Assembly (NCBI GenBank): GCA_016196065.1
Contig: JACPYL010000018.1
Location: forward strand, 182,185 to 246,184
From: Acidobacteriota bacterium
GTDB lineage: Bacteria > Acidobacteriota > Terriglobia > Terriglobales > Acidobacteriaceae
Length of the DNA: 64,000 nt
Direction: 5' to 3'
The stretch's first letter is position 1. The number at the start of each line of letters is the position of its first letter. The notes beneath the pieces are model-generated. The model was not told the origin of the DNA. It made no database searches and was given only the letters and a program-made list of their open reading frames with translations. Below, piece after piece: positions 43,368 through 52,713 of this stretch. Position numbers and translations under genes: made by a program.

Positions 43368-45260
43368 ATGCAGCCCACTTTCGAATTCAACGACTTTCGT
43401 CTGGAGACGGCGGAACGACGCCTGCTGCGAAATGGGGACGCGATCGCCCTGGCTCCGAAGGTCTTCGACACGCTGGTGGCGTTAGTGGAGAATCCCGGTC
43501 GCCTGATGTCCAAAGATGAGCTGATGCATCGGTTGTGGCCGGATACATTTGTCGAGGAAGTAAGCCTGGCGCAGAACATCTCACAATTGCGCAAGGCTCT
43601 AGGCGAACCTGTTGGAGATGCTCAGATCATTCAAACGGTCGCCAAGCGCGGCTACCGGTTTGTGGCGCCGGTTCGAATCGTGCCGAACGGGCAGGGATTC
43701 GCACTCTCCGCAGCCGTTCCTGTCGAACAGCAATCACCTCCATCAGAAATCGCCGAGCCAACAGGCAGGACGGGGCAGCCGAACTGGAAAATAGTCGCGG
43801 GATTGGCGGGAGCGGCGTTGGTCCTCGCCGGAGTCGTTTTGTTCGTTCCGTTTTTCCAACGGGCCGGCAAGGCGAGCGCAGCCCGGGAGATCCGATCAAT
43901 TGCCGTGCTGCCCCTGACCAATCTGTCACAGGACGCCGAACAGGAATTCTTCGCCGATGGAGTGACCGACGACCTGATCACGGAACTGGCGCGGATCCGC
44001 GCCCTGCGGGTGATTTCGCGGACTTCGGTAATGCAGTACAAGGGCACGCGCAAGACGCTGCCGGAGATTGCGCGTGAACTCAAAGTCGATGCCATCGTCG
44101 AAGGCACGGTTTCGCAGCGCAATGGGAACGTGCATATCACGGCCCAGCTGGTGCAGGCCAATCCGGAGCAGCACGTGTGGGCGGAATCCTATGAGCGTCC
44201 CCTGGCGGAAGCGCAGAACCTGCAGTCGGAAATTGCGCGTGCGATTGGAGCGGCGGTCAGGGCCACGATGACGCCCGAGGAGCAGGCGCGCATGAGGCGG
44301 TCCCGCGCGATTAACTCCGACGCCAACCTGCTCTATCTGAAAGGACGATTTTTCTGGAACAAGCGGACTGCCGCCGGCGCGAAGGACGGAGAGAAGTATT
44401 TTCAGCAGGCGATCGCACGCGATGCCGATTTCGCGCAGGCCTATGTCGGCCTGGCCGGCGCCTATATTTTTGAAGGTGGCTGGGGGGTCGAACCCGCAAC
44501 CATCGCCCTTCCCAAAGCCGAACAGGCGGCACGGCAAGCCCTGGTTCTGGATCCGGAAAATGCGGAAGCACACGCCGCACTCGGCTTGATCGCGATGAAT
44601 TATGAATGGAACTGGCCGAAAGCGGAGCGGGAATACAAGCAGGCGATTGCACTGAATCCCAATGACGCTATCGCTCACCATTGGTACGGCGAGTATCTGG
44701 CAGCCCAGGGACGCTTCGACGAAGGGTTGGAGGAGCTGCGACGCGCGGAAGAACTCGATCCGCTGTCGGTTGCGATCGTGGCCGACCGCGCCAAAATTCT
44801 CTACTTCGCCCGCCGCTACAATGAGGTCATTGCACAATCCCGCAAAGCGTTGGAAATGGATCCGGGATTCCTGAGTTCCTACTCCTGGATGATGCGCTCG
44901 TACGCCCGTCAAGGGATGCAAGAGGAAGCACAGGCAGCGCTCGAGGCTCTGCGTCAGGCAGGCGCGACCCCTCTCGATTATCAATCCAATTTCAGCATTC
45001 TGAGCGCCAGGATTGGACACCGCGACGAGGCCAGACAGATTCTGGACAGGAACCGCGATCTTTTCGACACCAGTCCAGGCACCATCCTATTCGTGGTATC
45101 GGCGGCCGGGGACAAAGAAGAGGCTTTTACCTGGATGGAGAAGTGCTTGGGGAGCCACTCCACATCGCTTACATCGCTGAAAGTGAACCCTGACTATGAT
45201 GACTTGCGCGGCGATCCGCGTTTTATCAAATACCTGGGCAGAGTGGGTTTGTCCAACTAG
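43368..45260 (+). CDS. CadC-like winged-helix (OmpR/PhoB-type DNA-binding) + TM + TPR regulator
   Basis: N-terminal FEFNDFRLETAERRLLRNGDAIALAPKVFDTLVALVENPGRLMSKDELMHRLWPD...RGYRFVAPV. One TM span (IVAGLAGAALVLAGVVLFVPFF) is followed by C-terminal TPR units. Confidence 0.8.
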   Translation: MQPTFEFNDFRLETAERRLLRNGDAIALAPKVFDTLVALVENPGRLMSKDELMHRLWPDTFVEEVSLAQNISQLRKALGEPVGDAQIIQTVAKRGYRFVAPVRIVPNGQGFALSAAVPVEQQSPPSEIAEPTGRTGQPNWKIVAGLAGAALVLAGVVLFVPFFQRAGKASAAREIRSIAVLPLTNLSQDAEQEFFADGVTDDLITELARIRALRVISRTSVMQYKGTRKTLPEIARELKVDAIVEGTVSQRNGNVHITAQLVQANPEQHVWAESYERPLAEAQNLQSEIARAIGAAVRATMTPEEQARMRRSRAINSDANLLYLKGRFFWNKRTAAGAKDGEKYFQQAIARDADFAQAYVGLAGAYIFEGGWGVEPATIALPKAEQAARQALVLDPENAEAHAALGLIAMNYEWNWPKAEREYKQAIALNPNDAIAHHWYGEYLAAQGRFDEGLEELRRAEELDPLSVAIVADRAKILYFARRYNEVIAQSRKALEMDPGFLSSYSWMMRSYARQGMQEEAQAALEALRQAGATPLDYQSNFSILSARIGHRDEARQILDRNRDLFDTSPGTILFVVSAAGDKEEAFTWMEKCLGSHSTSLTSLKVNPDYDDLRGDPRFIKYLGRVGLSN

Positions 45261-45307
45261 AGTCCGCCGGGACTCCCCGAGTTCTGGGCAAGAATACTCG
45301 TCAAGCA

Positions 45308-46105
45308 TCAGGCGAGACCGCCTCCATCCACAACCAAGTGAGTACCGGTGATCCATTTCGACATGTCGCTCGCCAGAAACAAGACGGCAGTGGCGACATC
45401 TTCCGGCGTCCCCACTCGCGCCAGAGGCCGGCGCGCTGCATCTTTCATGAACTGGACACTGTCTTCGCTCAACTGGCGGCACTCTGATGCCAGCATCGGA
45501 GTGTCGATGTCACCCGGGCAAACGCAGTTCGCGCGAATATTGTTGTTCCCGTGATCGATGGCCATCGCTCTCGTCAGATTCAGGACGCCACCCTTCGCCG
45601 CACAATAGGCGGCAGCTTTGGGCCCGCCTTTCAACGACCATCCCGATCCCGTATTGATGATCGCGCCACCACCAGCTCGGATCATGTGCGGAATCACTTC
45701 GCGGGACAGCAAGTAGACTCCCTTCAATGTCACGTCAACAACCGTGTCCCATTCTTCTTCTTCCAAGGCCAGGGTGTCTTTGCGGATGGCAATACCAGCA
45801 TTGTTACAGAGGATGTCGATACGACCGTATTCCGCCACCGTCTGCTCGACTGCGCGATGGCAATCGAGGCGGGAGGTAACGTCGCAAGCTGCACCCATCG
45901 CTCGCCCGTGTATCTCCTCAATGCGTCGAACCGTCTCGCGTGTGCCGTCGGAGTTCTTGTCGAGGACCGCCACGGCAGCACCGAACTCCGCCAAACGGAT
46001 TGCGATGCCGCGACCGATTCCCGACGCTCCTCCAGTGACGATCGCTACTTTGCCTTCCAGCGAAAGCAACTGACCGGCACGTTTGTGGACGTCCTGCAAA
46101 TTCAT
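45308..46105 (-). CDS. short-chain dehydrogenase/reductase (SDR)
   Basis: Motifs are VTGGASGIGRGIA (TGxxxGxG), NNAG and YCAAKGG (YxxxK). Confidence 0.85.
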   Translation of the reverse strand: MNLQDVHKRAGQLLSLEGKVAIVTGGASGIGRGIAIRLAEFGAAVAVLDKNSDGTRETVRRIEEIHGRAMGAACDVTSRLDCHRAVEQTVAEYGRIDILCNNAGIAIRKDTLALEEEEWDTVVDVTLKGVYLLSREVIPHMIRAGGGAIINTGSGWSLKGGPKAAAYCAAKGGVLNLTRAMAIDHGNNNIRANCVCPGDIDTPMLASECRQLSEDSVQFMKDAARRPLARVGTPEDVATAVLFLASDMSKWITGTHLVVDGGGLA

Positions 46106-46107
46106 TT

Positions 46108-46974
46108 CTAGCTCTCCATCGCGCCCGGTCCGCCACGCCGGCCGGAGTTCTTTGTGCGCTGGCGCCCGAGGCTGGCATTTGCGCGCATGCGCGCAAGTCC
46201 CGCGCGGAATCCGGCGTCAACCGCATGCTGGTAGCCACGTCGATTCATCGCCGCCATGGTTGTTTCAGCGACTCCGCCGGGTGTCGCCGCTTCCCTCAAC
46301 AAGCGATCCAGCGGAATCTTCCCTTTTCGCCACGCGATAATTCCGTCCGCCAGCGCATGCGCGGCCGATAGCAGGGCAATCCTGCGATCCAATCCGTTCG
46401 CAACGGCAGCCTCCGCCAAAGCGGCGAGAGCATGATAACCGTGGCTCGAAGAATAGTTCACGGTAAACGCGTCAAACTGACTCTCCGGCACTTCCAAAAC
46501 CGTGCCCACTGACGCAAATACCCTGCGGATTTGATCGCGAGAAATACTAGGCATTTTCCGGTCAAACGTGAGAGCAGTCAGGCCGTTCCCCGTCCGGCAG
46601 ACCGGACTGGGCATGGCTCGAGCCCAAACAACACGCTTGCCAGACACATGGCGCAGCGCAGCGAGAGTCACGCCCGCTGCGAGACTGACCGCGAGCATGG
46701 AGCAGCCTCGTTTGAAATTCAACGGAATCGCTTTCTGTAAGTCCAACAGAAGATCGTGAACAGATTCCGGTCTGACCGCGACGACCAGAAGATCGGCATG
46801 GGCCACCGCACCGGCCAGACTTGGCTCGGTGGTCACGGCGAACTCCTTCTTGATGCGCTTCAGTTTGCGCGGATGAGGATCGTGCACTGCGAGGTGGTGC
46901 CGGCAACCAGCAAGACGCAGTCCGGCGAGCATTGCGGTTGTAATGCGGCCGCCTCCCAGAAAAACTATTTTCAT
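46108..46974 (-). CDS. pyrroline-5-carboxylate-reductase-like NAD(P)H oxidoreductase
   Basis: MKIVFLGGGRITTAMLAGL is the Rossmann start. The C-terminal helical dimerisation region is AEAAVANGLDRRIALLSAAHALADG. It starts 2 nt upstream of the SDR gene. Confidence 0.65.
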   Translation of the reverse strand: MKIVFLGGGRITTAMLAGLRLAGCRHHLAVHDPHPRKLKRIKKEFAVTTEPSLAGAVAHADLLVVAVRPESVHDLLLDLQKAIPLNFKRGCSMLAVSLAAGVTLAALRHVSGKRVVWARAMPSPVCRTGNGLTALTFDRKMPSISRDQIRRVFASVGTVLEVPESQFDAFTVNYSSSHGYHALAALAEAAVANGLDRRIALLSAAHALADGIIAWRKGKIPLDRLLREAATPGGVAETTMAAMNRRGYQHAVDAGFRAGLARMRANASLGRQRTKNSGRRGGPGAMES

Positions 46975-47016
46975 TTTTTTCGAGTGCCTCTACCAGACGA
47001 TCGGTACTTCGTCGCT

Positions 47017-48354
47017 TCAATCAATGGCCGCGAGCGACAGTTCCATCGACGCAAGTGTCTTTTCGACGTCTTCCGGCGTGTGTGCCACGGTGACAATCGA
47101 ATGAAGCGTGGCCGCGGGACTGGTATACACGCCGTGTTCAAAGAGCTTCCACGAAAGACGTTGATATTTCTTGCGATCCACATAGCGGCAGAACTCACGG
47201 TAGTCGCGGATGCAGGGTTTGTCAGTGAACATGATCTGAAACATTGGTCCGACGCGCTGCACAATGGCTGGAATACTTTTGCGAGCAAATAACGAGGTCA
47301 GGCCCGAAGCCAGTTGGTCGGCCAGATTCCAGATATAGCGAAATGCGGCGCCGTTATTGGCGGTAAGTTTCGTAAGATTCGCACGCGCCGCGTGCATTCC
47401 GATACGGGAAGCATTGTGGGTCCCATAGTGTAGAACGGCTCCGCCTGAAAGTGCGCGCATCACATCCGCACGTCCGGCAAACGCCGCGACCGGCAACCCG
47501 CTTCCCAGCGCCTTGCCAAACGTCACCATATCCGGGGAGAGCTTGTAGTACTCCTGGCATCCACCGGGTGCGATGCGGAATCCGGTGACTGTTTCATCAA
47601 GAATAAAAAGTGCGCCATGTTGGCGCGCGAGACTCTGCAAGCCTTCGAGATATCGAGGAGCAGGCGGGATAACGCCCATATTCGCCATGATGCCTTCCGT
47701 GATGACGGCAGCGACCTCGCCCGGATTCGATTGCAACGTATTCTCCAGTGCCGGTAGATCGTTCCATGGCACAACGATCGTGTCGTCGAGGGCATGGCGA
47801 TTCAGACCAGCACTGTCTACGGCTCGGACGGGAATATTTCCCAGATCAACCTGTTCGGGCGGTAACGGATTGGACGCGATCAAGACGTCGTCGTACCACC
47901 CGTGATAATGACCTTCGAACTTAAGGATTTTCGGCCGTCCCGTAAATCCACGGGCGATTCGCAGCACGGCCATGACCGCTTCTGTGCCGGTATTTGCAAA
48001 TCGCACCACTTCCGCATTGGGCACGATCTTCTGGAGTAACTCCGCAACCTCTACCTCAATTGCGGTTGCGGTGGCGAAGTGCGCTCCCGTGGCTGCTCCT
48101 TCCGCGATCGACCGCGAGACATCCGGATCGGCATGACCGAGTGGCAGCGCTCCGAACCCCATCATCCAGTCGATGTATTCGTTGCCATCCACGTCATAGA
48201 GACGTGAGCCTTTCCCACGCTCGATGAACATCGGGTACTCACCATAGTTCGCCGGGCCTCGCGATGGAGAACTCCCTCCTTCGATCAACAAGCGCGACGC
48301 ACGCTGGTAGAGTTGTTTGGACTTCTCGGTCTGGAAGCTCGTGCCGATTTTCAT
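47017..48354 (-). CDS. class-III (glutamate-1-semialdehyde aminomutase-like) PLP aminotransferase
   Basis: Motifs are LIEGGSSPSRG (HemL-like N-terminus), FILDETVTGFR, TFGKALGSGLP (PLP Lys) and GTHNAS. Confidence 0.8.
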   Translation of the reverse strand: MKIGTSFQTEKSKQLYQRASRLLIEGGSSPSRGPANYGEYPMFIERGKGSRLYDVDGNEYIDWMMGFGALPLGHADPDVSRSIAEGAATGAHFATATAIEVEVAELLQKIVPNAEVVRFANTGTEAVMAVLRIARGFTGRPKILKFEGHYHGWYDDVLIASNPLPPEQVDLGNIPVRAVDSAGLNRHALDDTIVVPWNDLPALENTLQSNPGEVAAVITEGIMANMGVIPPAPRYLEGLQSLARQHGALFILDETVTGFRIAPGGCQEYYKLSPDMVTFGKALGSGLPVAAFAGRADVMRALSGGAVLHYGTHNASRIGMHAARANLTKLTANNGAAFRYIWNLADQLASGLTSLFARKSIPAIVQRVGPMFQIMFTDKPCIRDYREFCRYVDRKKYQRLSWKLFEHGVYTSPAATLHSIVTVAHTPEDVEKTLASMELSLAAID

Positions 48355-48446
48355 TGGAGGATGGCCTCTCGCAACCCATCATGTCAGCGTGGCTTTTTCC
48401 GCAATGCATAACCTCAACGCGGTGGTCTTCGGTATACGTTACGCGC

Positions 48447-50054
48447 TTATCGGGTCAATTCCTTCACTTGCATGCGATAAGGCTCCAGGAGTTTGCCGGT
48501 TGCGTGCTGTACCAATGTAACTGCGAGTTGATAATTGACTTCAGCTTGCAGGACAATCGTCTCTGCTTGCGCGACTTCCTTTTGCGCGTCCAGCACAAAA
48601 AAAACCTGCTCGGTACCTAGTTCGATTTTCCTCTGTTCGGCAGCGAGGTTCTTGCGCGAAAGGTCGAGCGCTTGCCGGCTGGCAGCTAAGCTGAGTTTCG
48701 CTTCTTCCAGTTGGTGAACTGCATTCGTAACATCCAGCGTGATCTGCTCCTTCAGTCGCCGTTCGGAGTACAGGTCGCGGCGCCGCGAAACCATTGCTGT
48801 ACCAAGCTCGGCTTGCGCAGACCGGTTCTTGATCGGGAGATTCAGGCTGAGCGAGAAGCCATATGTCGGATAGCCAAACGTGAAAGCCTGGTTCAGTGAA
48901 TCGCCCAGACCGCCGCTTGGACTACCTGCCACTCCATTGCCAGCATAGTTTCCCGCCAGCCGCAGATCTGGCAACAGGTTATTGTGAGCGAGTCGGATGC
49001 TCACGTCGTCATTGGCGAGCGCCTGCCTCAGGGCCTCGAGTTCGGGACGGACTTCCATCGCCTGCTGGAGTGCGGTCGTCGCGTCGATATCGAAAGCGGC
49101 CTCGTCACGCACCGGCATTTCTGTAAGGTCAAGGTCAAGGGCTCGAAGAAGCGGGTCGACGGACGCTCCGAGCGTAAAACGGAGAGCGTCCTCGGTCCGC
49201 TTCAGATCGTACTCGGCCTGGATCACTTGTACACGCCGGGTTGCAACCTGCGACTCGGAACGATAAATGTCGAGCGGAGCCAATGCCCCTAATTCGAGCT
49301 CGCGCTTAGCGCGCTTGTAGCTGGCGTCGGCAGCGTCTTGAGATTTCTTTGCGATTTCCACACTCCCGCGGGCCAGTACGACGTTCCAGTACTGCGTAAC
49401 AGTATTCAGAACGGCATCGTTCACCTGAGCCTCGAAGCTCGCCAGGGAGATGCGGACGTTTCGGCGTGCGATGACCAGGGGCGCGCGGTTTGCGAACAAC
49501 CATCGATTTCGAAGCAAGGGCTGCGTAATCTGGAAATTCAAACCTGACGTGATGGAGGGATTGAGGAAAATGTTCGAGTCGTTGGTGGCAAACCGATTGG
49601 CGGTGAAGCCGACTTGCAGATTCGTCCCGGTCTCGAGCGTCTGGCCGTAATCTACTTTCGAGGCCTGAAGGAGTGAAGTGGGGATTGGAGCCCCTTGGAG
49701 GTCGGAATTGGCTGGAAACGTCGCACGCTGGGCGTTGAAGCTGACTGACAGGGCAGGATCAAATGTCGAGTGCGCCCGTAGCAGCGAGAACTTCGAATCT
49801 TCAACGTTTAGTTCCTGCAGGCGGACATTGCTGTTACTCATCAGCGTCGCGATGATCGCTTCCTCTAGGCTGAGGCGCAACTTGCCGTCCACGACGTGCT
49901 CCTGAAGGTATTTCGGTGCGGGAAGTTGGTCGGAGATGACTTGCGGACTGCTGAGCGCATGAAAAGTCTCCCGCTCATAGATGTTCTGCGCAAACGACAG
50001 AGTACCCAGCAGAAGAAGGGCCCAAAGTAAACGGAGTTTCATCTCAGCCTCCAC
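48447..50054 (-). CDS. TolC-family outer-membrane efflux protein
   Basis: Leader KLRLLWALLLLGTLSFAQ. It has the duplicated OEP coiled-coil/beta-barrel repeat architecture. Length is 535 aa. Confidence 0.85.
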   Translation of the reverse strand: MEAEMKLRLLWALLLLGTLSFAQNIYERETFHALSSPQVISDQLPAPKYLQEHVVDGKLRLSLEEAIIATLMSNSNVRLQELNVEDSKFSLLRAHSTFDPALSVSFNAQRATFPANSDLQGAPIPTSLLQASKVDYGQTLETGTNLQVGFTANRFATNDSNIFLNPSITSGLNFQITQPLLRNRWLFANRAPLVIARRNVRISLASFEAQVNDAVLNTVTQYWNVVLARGSVEIAKKSQDAADASYKRAKRELELGALAPLDIYRSESQVATRRVQVIQAEYDLKRTEDALRFTLGASVDPLLRALDLDLTEMPVRDEAAFDIDATTALQQAMEVRPELEALRQALANDDVSIRLAHNNLLPDLRLAGNYAGNGVAGSPSGGLGDSLNQAFTFGYPTYGFSLSLNLPIKNRSAQAELGTAMVSRRRDLYSERRLKEQITLDVTNAVHQLEEAKLSLAASRQALDLSRKNLAAEQRKIELGTEQVFFVLDAQKEVAQAETIVLQAEVNYQLAVTLVQHATGKLLEPYRMQVKELTR

Positions 50055-50096
50055 ATTGTTTAGTTTCCCTGCAAGAATTCGCGGCGCAAGCGCGGG

Positions 50097-51398
50097 CTAT
50101 TCGTACCGGATGGCCTCCACCGGGTCGAGCCGTGCTGCCTTCATCGCCGGGTAGATGCCAAATACCAACCCCACCGAAATCGAAACGAGAAACGCAAGCA
50201 GGATCGAAGGCGCAGTCACGATGGTTGACCATCCCGCGAGCACCGCAATCAGGCGTGACATCCCAAAGCCGAAGGCGATGCCGAAAGTTCCACCCACAAA
50301 GGAAATCATGATTGCCTCAACCACAAACTGGCGCACGATATCAGACTGGCGCGCACCCACGGCGCGTCGTACACCGATTTCGCGTGTGCGCTCGAGAATG
50401 CTGGCCAACATGATGTTCATGATCCCGATGCCGCCTACGAGCAGGGAGATTGACGCGATCGCCACCATGACAGCGCTGAAGAGGCGCTCCGTCCGTTTCT
50501 GTTCCGCCAGCAATTCTGCGGGCACAATTACGCTGAAGTCGGCGGCACCGTGGTGCGACGATTCGAGGATTGCCCGCACGACCTGCGAACTTGGTACTAG
50601 TTGATCGCTGTCCTTCACGTTCAGATAAATTCCGTCGATCTCGTCGCGTCTTCTGCTGTATGTGTTCTCAAGTCGAAACATTGCTGCATTCAAGGGAACG
50701 TAGATAATGTTGTTCAAGTCTTCCGACGGCACGTCAGGCAGGTCGGTTTGAGCGGCAACCTGAGGAGCCACCGTGCCGATCACACGGAACCACTGTTCAT
50801 CGAGCTTCACATACTGACCGACAGAGTTCGCCGCGCCGTACAGGCTGGCCTTTGCGCCCGCGCCCAACACGCATACCGGGGCGCCGTGTTTTTCCTGGTC
50901 GTCATCGAAAAAGCTGCCCTCAGTTACGCGAAGCCCTCCAATGATCGTGTATTCAGGGCTGACGCCATACACGGTGGGGGTGTCCATCCGCGCCTTGGGA
51001 ATTGTCTTCGTCGGCACGTAGCGTTTCCGGGCGGTGGAGGCGGCAACATCGCTGAGGTTATCGCGAATCACGCGGTAATCCTGCAAGGTCAGGCCAGGTG
51101 AGACTTGGCGGATTTTCTGATGAGCCTGCCAATCGGTGGTCTCTTTAGCCTCCACAATCAGGTTGTGCACACCCATCTGTTCGATGAACGCCATCACTCT
51201 TTGGCGAGCACCGGCCCCTATGGAAAGCATGGAGACCACTGCTGCCACGCCAAAGATCATGCCTAGCATGGTGAGCAGCGTACGCAGTCGGTGAGCCAGC
51301 AGGTTCTGCAATCCCAGGCTGAAGTCAGGCGTCCAACGGCCAATCCACCGGATCGCGCGCGCCCGGAGTGTTTCGAATTTGGCGCTTGTCTCCGTCAT
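50097..51398 (-). CDS. MacB/FtsX-type ABC transporter permease (no ATPase domain)
   Basis: It has an N-terminal TM (LRTLLTMLGMIFGVAAVVSMLSIG), a large periplasmic domain and a C-terminal FtsX module (ILERTREIGVRRAVGA). Length is 433 aa, so there is no room for an NBD. Confidence 0.85.
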   Translation of the reverse strand: MTETSAKFETLRARAIRWIGRWTPDFSLGLQNLLAHRLRTLLTMLGMIFGVAAVVSMLSIGAGARQRVMAFIEQMGVHNLIVEAKETTDWQAHQKIRQVSPGLTLQDYRVIRDNLSDVAASTARKRYVPTKTIPKARMDTPTVYGVSPEYTIIGGLRVTEGSFFDDDQEKHGAPVCVLGAGAKASLYGAANSVGQYVKLDEQWFRVIGTVAPQVAAQTDLPDVPSEDLNNIIYVPLNAAMFRLENTYSRRRDEIDGIYLNVKDSDQLVPSSQVVRAILESSHHGAADFSVIVPAELLAEQKRTERLFSAVMVAIASISLLVGGIGIMNIMLASILERTREIGVRRAVGARQSDIVRQFVVEAIMISFVGGTFGIAFGFGMSRLIAVLAGWSTIVTAPSILLAFLVSISVGLVFGIYPAMKAARLDPVEAIRYE

Positions 51399-52706
51399 TC
51401 AGCGCGTCCCTCCACTCAAACTCGGTTCTGTCGAGGAATGACTGGACGATTTCCGAGGGATCGTGGGATCAACAAATGCGATCTGCGTGTCGGCCGCGAG
51501 CCCATCCACAGCAGTGCGACTCTCGGTCTCTGCTTCGACCTTCACTTCGCGAGCTTCATACGTCTTGCCCCGCTTGACGTATACCACGCGTTTCCCGTCT
51601 TTCATGAACACTGCCTGGCGCGGCACGTAAAGAATATTCTTGCGGGCGTTGCCCTCGATCACCATCTGCACGGTAAAGCCGGCTCGCAGCCGCGGATCGG
51701 AACCTGGCAACTGCACCGTAACTTCAAATTGTCCCCCTGTCACTTCATCGAAGAAGTTTCTTGAGGCTATCCCGGAAATGGTCTTCACCGAACCTTGAAA
51801 AGTCTGATTCGGCAAAGCATCCAGTTGGATTCTTGCCGCCTGTCCCACTTTCACATTGCTGCGCTCTCGCTCGTCGAGCTTGGCAGACACCTCCATGGTC
51901 GCGGGATCGATAACGCGCGCGATCGTCGTGCCTGGACCCGTCTGATCCCCTTCATGGTAATCGGGTAGGGCCATTCCTCCCCCGAAAAACTCACCATTGG
52001 AGCCCTCATTCTTTTCGACGGCCACTACGCCATCCAAGGGAGCGCGCACTCTCATCTTCTCGATGTTCTGTTGCGCCTGCTCCATGGCTAACTTTGCTTT
52101 ATGGCGCCTCTCTTGGGCAAGTCCGATCATGGCTTGTCCCGAGACAGTATGGGACTTGACGTCCTGTTCGAGTTGCGCCAGCACCCGCCGCGCCTGATCG
52201 AGCGCCAGGTCGTTCTTCCTGGCATCGATCGCGCTCGCTAGTTCGTTCTTGCCAACTTCGAGTTCCGCGCGGCGGACATCGAAGCGAGCTGTTAAGAGTG
52301 CGACCTTATCCCGCGCGGCTTGCACTGAAGCATCCGCCTTGGCTTGTGCGATCTCCTCATCCGCCTCTTCCAGCTCGGAGCGGCTCTGTTCCATCTTGAA
52401 CTGTTGCTCGGCGGGATCAAATTCGATCACCACATCGTTTTTCTTGACGGGCACTCCGGTATGGAGAAGGTGAGTAATCTGGAGCGATCCACCTCCGATT
52501 TGAGGAGCGGCAAGCATCGCGGAGAGAGTGGCTCGCACTTCCCCGGTGGCATGGATTTTGGAATCGAGATCCCCGCGCTTCACCTGCACCGATGGGATGT
52601 CGTCACTCTCGCTGACCGGTGAAGCCCAGTGGAATGCGGCGGCCACCCCGAGGCCAAGGGCCAGCAGGATGCCAACTAGCAGCCAAATCTTGCGCACGCC
52701 GCTCAC
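51399..52706 (-). CDS. HlyD-family periplasmic adaptor (MFP) 1
   Basis: N-terminal anchor, lipoyl-like halves (VKRGDL...; ..VKKNDVVIEFD), a long coiled-coil and a beta-barrel region. It directly abuts the permease start. Confidence 0.8.
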   Translation of the reverse strand: MSGVRKIWLLVGILLALGLGVAAAFHWASPVSESDDIPSVQVKRGDLDSKIHATGEVRATLSAMLAAPQIGGGSLQITHLLHTGVPVKKNDVVIEFDPAEQQFKMEQSRSELEEADEEIAQAKADASVQAARDKVALLTARFDVRRAELEVGKNELASAIDARKNDLALDQARRVLAQLEQDVKSHTVSGQAMIGLAQERRHKAKLAMEQAQQNIEKMRVRAPLDGVVAVEKNEGSNGEFFGGGMALPDYHEGDQTGPGTTIARVIDPATMEVSAKLDERERSNVKVGQAARIQLDALPNQTFQGSVKTISGIASRNFFDEVTGGQFEVTVQLPGSDPRLRAGFTVQMVIEGNARKNILYVPRQAVFMKDGKRVVYVKRGKTYEAREVKVEAETESRTAVDGLAADTQIAFVDPTIPRKSSSHSSTEPSLSGGTR

Positions 52707-52713
52707 AACGATG

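Noticed and set aside
43926-45020. 364-aa minus-strand ORF
   Set aside because: It is antisense to the TPR part of the wHTH regulator. Shadow ORF.
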